Shown piece by piece: positions 61,384 to 64,000 of a DNA stretch of 64,000 bases (the first letter of the stretch is position 1; every line of letters begins with the position of its first letter). A model generated the notes under the pieces. It had not been told where the DNA came from. It did not search any database and was given only the letters and a program-made list of their open reading frames with translations. The position numbers were made by a program, and so were the translations under genes. The DNA comes from Raillietiella orientalis (Eukaryota), in the NCBI GenBank assembly GCA_036172245.1, contig JAYWIR010000011.1:1984001-2048000 (forward strand), written 5' to 3'.

Positions 61384-61589
61384 TTGTGCGTATTTTTTTG
61401 TAATTCCATGAAGGAACCACTTCAGGCCGATAGAGCATGCGGTTTTTCTGCAACCACCAGATATCATATGGTAAAACAAAATCCACACGCCTCTGACGAG
61501 CCCATCTGTTGCAATAACAAGGAGGAGGTAGGAGAGAAGACTGATTTGTTGGCAACACAAATTTATGGGTACACTGTTTTGTTCTTGAT
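61384..61589 (-). CDS. ash1: ash1 exon (pre-AWS, FxLP motif)
   Basis: LLPPPCYC..W.RQRRVDFVLPYDIWW...WNYKKIRT. Confidence 0.93.
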
Positions 61590-61639
61590 CTAAAAAAACA
61601 TAAATGTGCAAACTATGTAATTCTTTCCTAGATACCTAC

Positions 61640-61744
61640 TCCTCTTGCTTGAATGTATCTGACATAAGACCCGCTGACAAATACTTTTTGCGAGGAAGTT
61701 TTGACAGAATAAGTGCTGGTTCCTCATTATCTTCAGATGAAAAA
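61640..61744 (-). CDS. ash1: ash1 exon
   Basis: PRKKYLSAGLMSDTFK (Ash1 KKYL.AGL.S motif); phases consistent. Confidence 0.88.
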
Positions 61745-61848
61745 CTAAGAATCAAAATCTTAGAAAAAATACGCAAAAACTATTATCTACACCATTTAAT
61801 AAATGTATGATATCACAATATATTATGTTCTTTCATTTAACTGTTTAC

Positions 61849-62945
61849 CTCATCAATGACATCCTTTCATCTTCTGCTTCTACTTTGCTAAGAGATGAAT
61901 CTATTTCAATTTCAGAATTATTGCAATTCACTTCTGATGCTTTTTTATGAGTTCTGTTCCTTCGAACAGTAGGAAATCCTGTTCTGTTGATACGTTTTCG
62001 TCTCTTTGGTTTAACTTCTGCACCATTATTGGATAATGGCTTAATGGCACTTTTATTAGTTTCACAAGGTGCTTTTGCTAAGTTTTCATTATTCTGTACT
62101 ACAGAATCATTCACTTCTGATTTCTGATGCTTTTTTGCTTCTGATGAAATATTTTTTTGTACGTTTAGTTTTCTTTTCAGCTGATCTCGAAGCCTAAGTT
62201 TTTTATAAATTAACTTTTCTTCAACCAATTCCTCTTTGTCATCTTTAGAAATATCCATTTCATTGCTACTTTCCTTATTTGTTATCTTTGGCTTCAGGCA
62301 CACATCTTCTGATTTGATCGAGTTTTCGCAATTTCTCCATAAATTCTGATATGAATTAGAAAAACTAGAGAAATTAGGTGAGTGACTAGGTAAAAATCTA
62401 TGGTTTAAGTTAGAGACGTTGACTTTGTTTTCACTGATGAGAGGAGGTACAAGAGGTTGCGTAATTTTAGAATTTTGAGAATTGGACATCATAAAAGCAA
62501 AAGAGGACTGAATGAGGTTGACAGCAGGTAAGTTAAAAATTGTTGACTGCAACAGATTTCCTTGGTTTTTAAGACTCACTTGTTTCTGTGAATTGGAATG
62601 TAAAAATATAGTTGAAATAACAGTATCTGCTTTATTAGAGATAGATGAAATTTTAGAATCAAGAAAGCTTTGTTTGAAGTGAAACTTTTCTGGACGAATA
62701 TTCAAAGTTTTGTTTCGAGGAAATTTGTCATTGAAGCCTGCTTTGGAAAAATTTTTAGCATTTCGAATACGATGCTGCGCATCCAACTTTTCTCCATGTT
62801 CAGGATGCTGCTGACTAGAAATATTTTCAACAGATAAGTTGTTGATGAGAGCACCATTAACAAAAGTAGTACTCATGGAGTTGATATGTCTGTGTCTTTT
62901 CTTCAAAGGAAGCCTCTGTTCGATAACCTCAACTTTATCAATGCA
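61849..62945 (-). CDS. ash1: ash1 large exon; the gene probably continues 5' beyond the window
   Basis: Acceptor TTTTTTAG at 62947-62946; LPLKKRH and KRRKRINRTGFP motifs; donor AG|GTAAAC. All 13 exons join in frame to give 1292 aa. Confidence 0.88.
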
Positions 62946-64000
62946 CTAAAAAATGCGATTTTTACAGCATCATTTGCTATTCAAAGACTACTTGACATTT
63001 AATTAACATTCAATATTCAAGTAACTGATGGTAAATCACTACTTATACATTATCCAAAAAGATGCAATTATACTGAAAATTTAAGTACTAAAATAAACAC
63101 ATGGAGAAATATGATAAAAACTAAGAAATATTAATAATCATATAGTTTAAACACCAAACGTGAGAAAAATAAGCTTCTACATAGTAACATTACTTTATTT
63201 ATTTTATTAAAAAAAAAAAAGAACTTCCCGATTTTTATTTACCTCAAACTTAAACAAGATGTTTTGATATACAACTTCATAAAACAATATTTATGTCTGG
63301 CATTATTTATTATAAAAAAATAAGTACCTAATAACCAGACTTTAAATAAAAACTAAGATTTCAATATACCCAAATAAACTGGGCAAACAGTTATGTCTCG
63401 CACTACCGCAAATTAGTGAACAGATTCAGGCATGTATGGATGCAATAAACCAAATAAATTCTTGAAATTTATTCAATTAATTCTAAATAAATAAAGCAGT
63501 ACAAAAAATTTCATAATTTCAGTTCATGAATTATATGAAATGTCAATTCCACCTTGGATGAGTTTGCTTTCTTAAATGAACAATGAAGACATACAATACC
63601 AAGAAACCCCAACACTAATGGGCAATTATACTTAATGACTATCAGAGCAAGCTATGATTGATTCCTGAATGGATTCCTTGAAACTTGAACAAAACATTAA
63701 ACAAGTTTTGGGATTTTGGTTTAATGTCGGAAAATTATCAGCAAATATTGTATCACTTACAAAGACTACAAGAATATAGGGAAAAATTCAAATTATTTAA
63801 TCTATTCCGAATATGTAATGTAAATAATCATTCTGAATATTTGAAAAATTTACGCACAAATCATGAAAAACGAAATGCAAACATATATATAGCTTTAAAA
63901 TTCTTGCACAAAAATACCACTAAATCCCAAACCTTACAACATGAGCCCTAAATATGAAAAAAAAATAAAAAATATGTACATCTATATATACAGATGTGAC

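Noticed and set aside
63685..63951. 88-aa plus-strand ORF
   Set aside because: It has a non-ATG start in an AT-rich probable ash1 intron and no recognisable motif.
1..64000. CRISPR arrays, operons or other prokaryotic systems
   Set aside because: The DNA is eukaryotic with spliceosomal introns, and I saw no regularly spaced repeat-spacer structure.

Overview
Eukaryotic (animal, most likely arthropod) nuclear DNA. Two genes are well supported, both on the minus strand. One is a complete three-exon caudal/Cdx homeobox gene (CDS 8681..1363, 390 aa). The other is the 3' part of ash1/ASH1L (AWS-SET-postSET, bromo, PHD, BAH; 13 exons in 62945..58462), eleven of whose introns are only 41-52 nt. The ~50 kb between them is very GC/CpG-rich near caudal and becomes AT-rich towards ash1. 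It holds: many heavily decayed non-LTR retrotransposon (LINE) relics that all appear to lie on the + strand; a ~1.96-kb near-perfect inverted duplication (15222-17177 / 43731-45686); a Caudal/posterior-Hox site cluster at 24.7-26.9 kb; a tRNA-derived head; a mitochondrial insertion (nad3 plus a T-armless trnR); and a pseudogenic ash1 fragment that has diverged almost only by A/T-to-G/C changes. Most long ORFs in the supplied track are artefacts of high GC. All homology calls are by-eye motif recognition; no searches were run.
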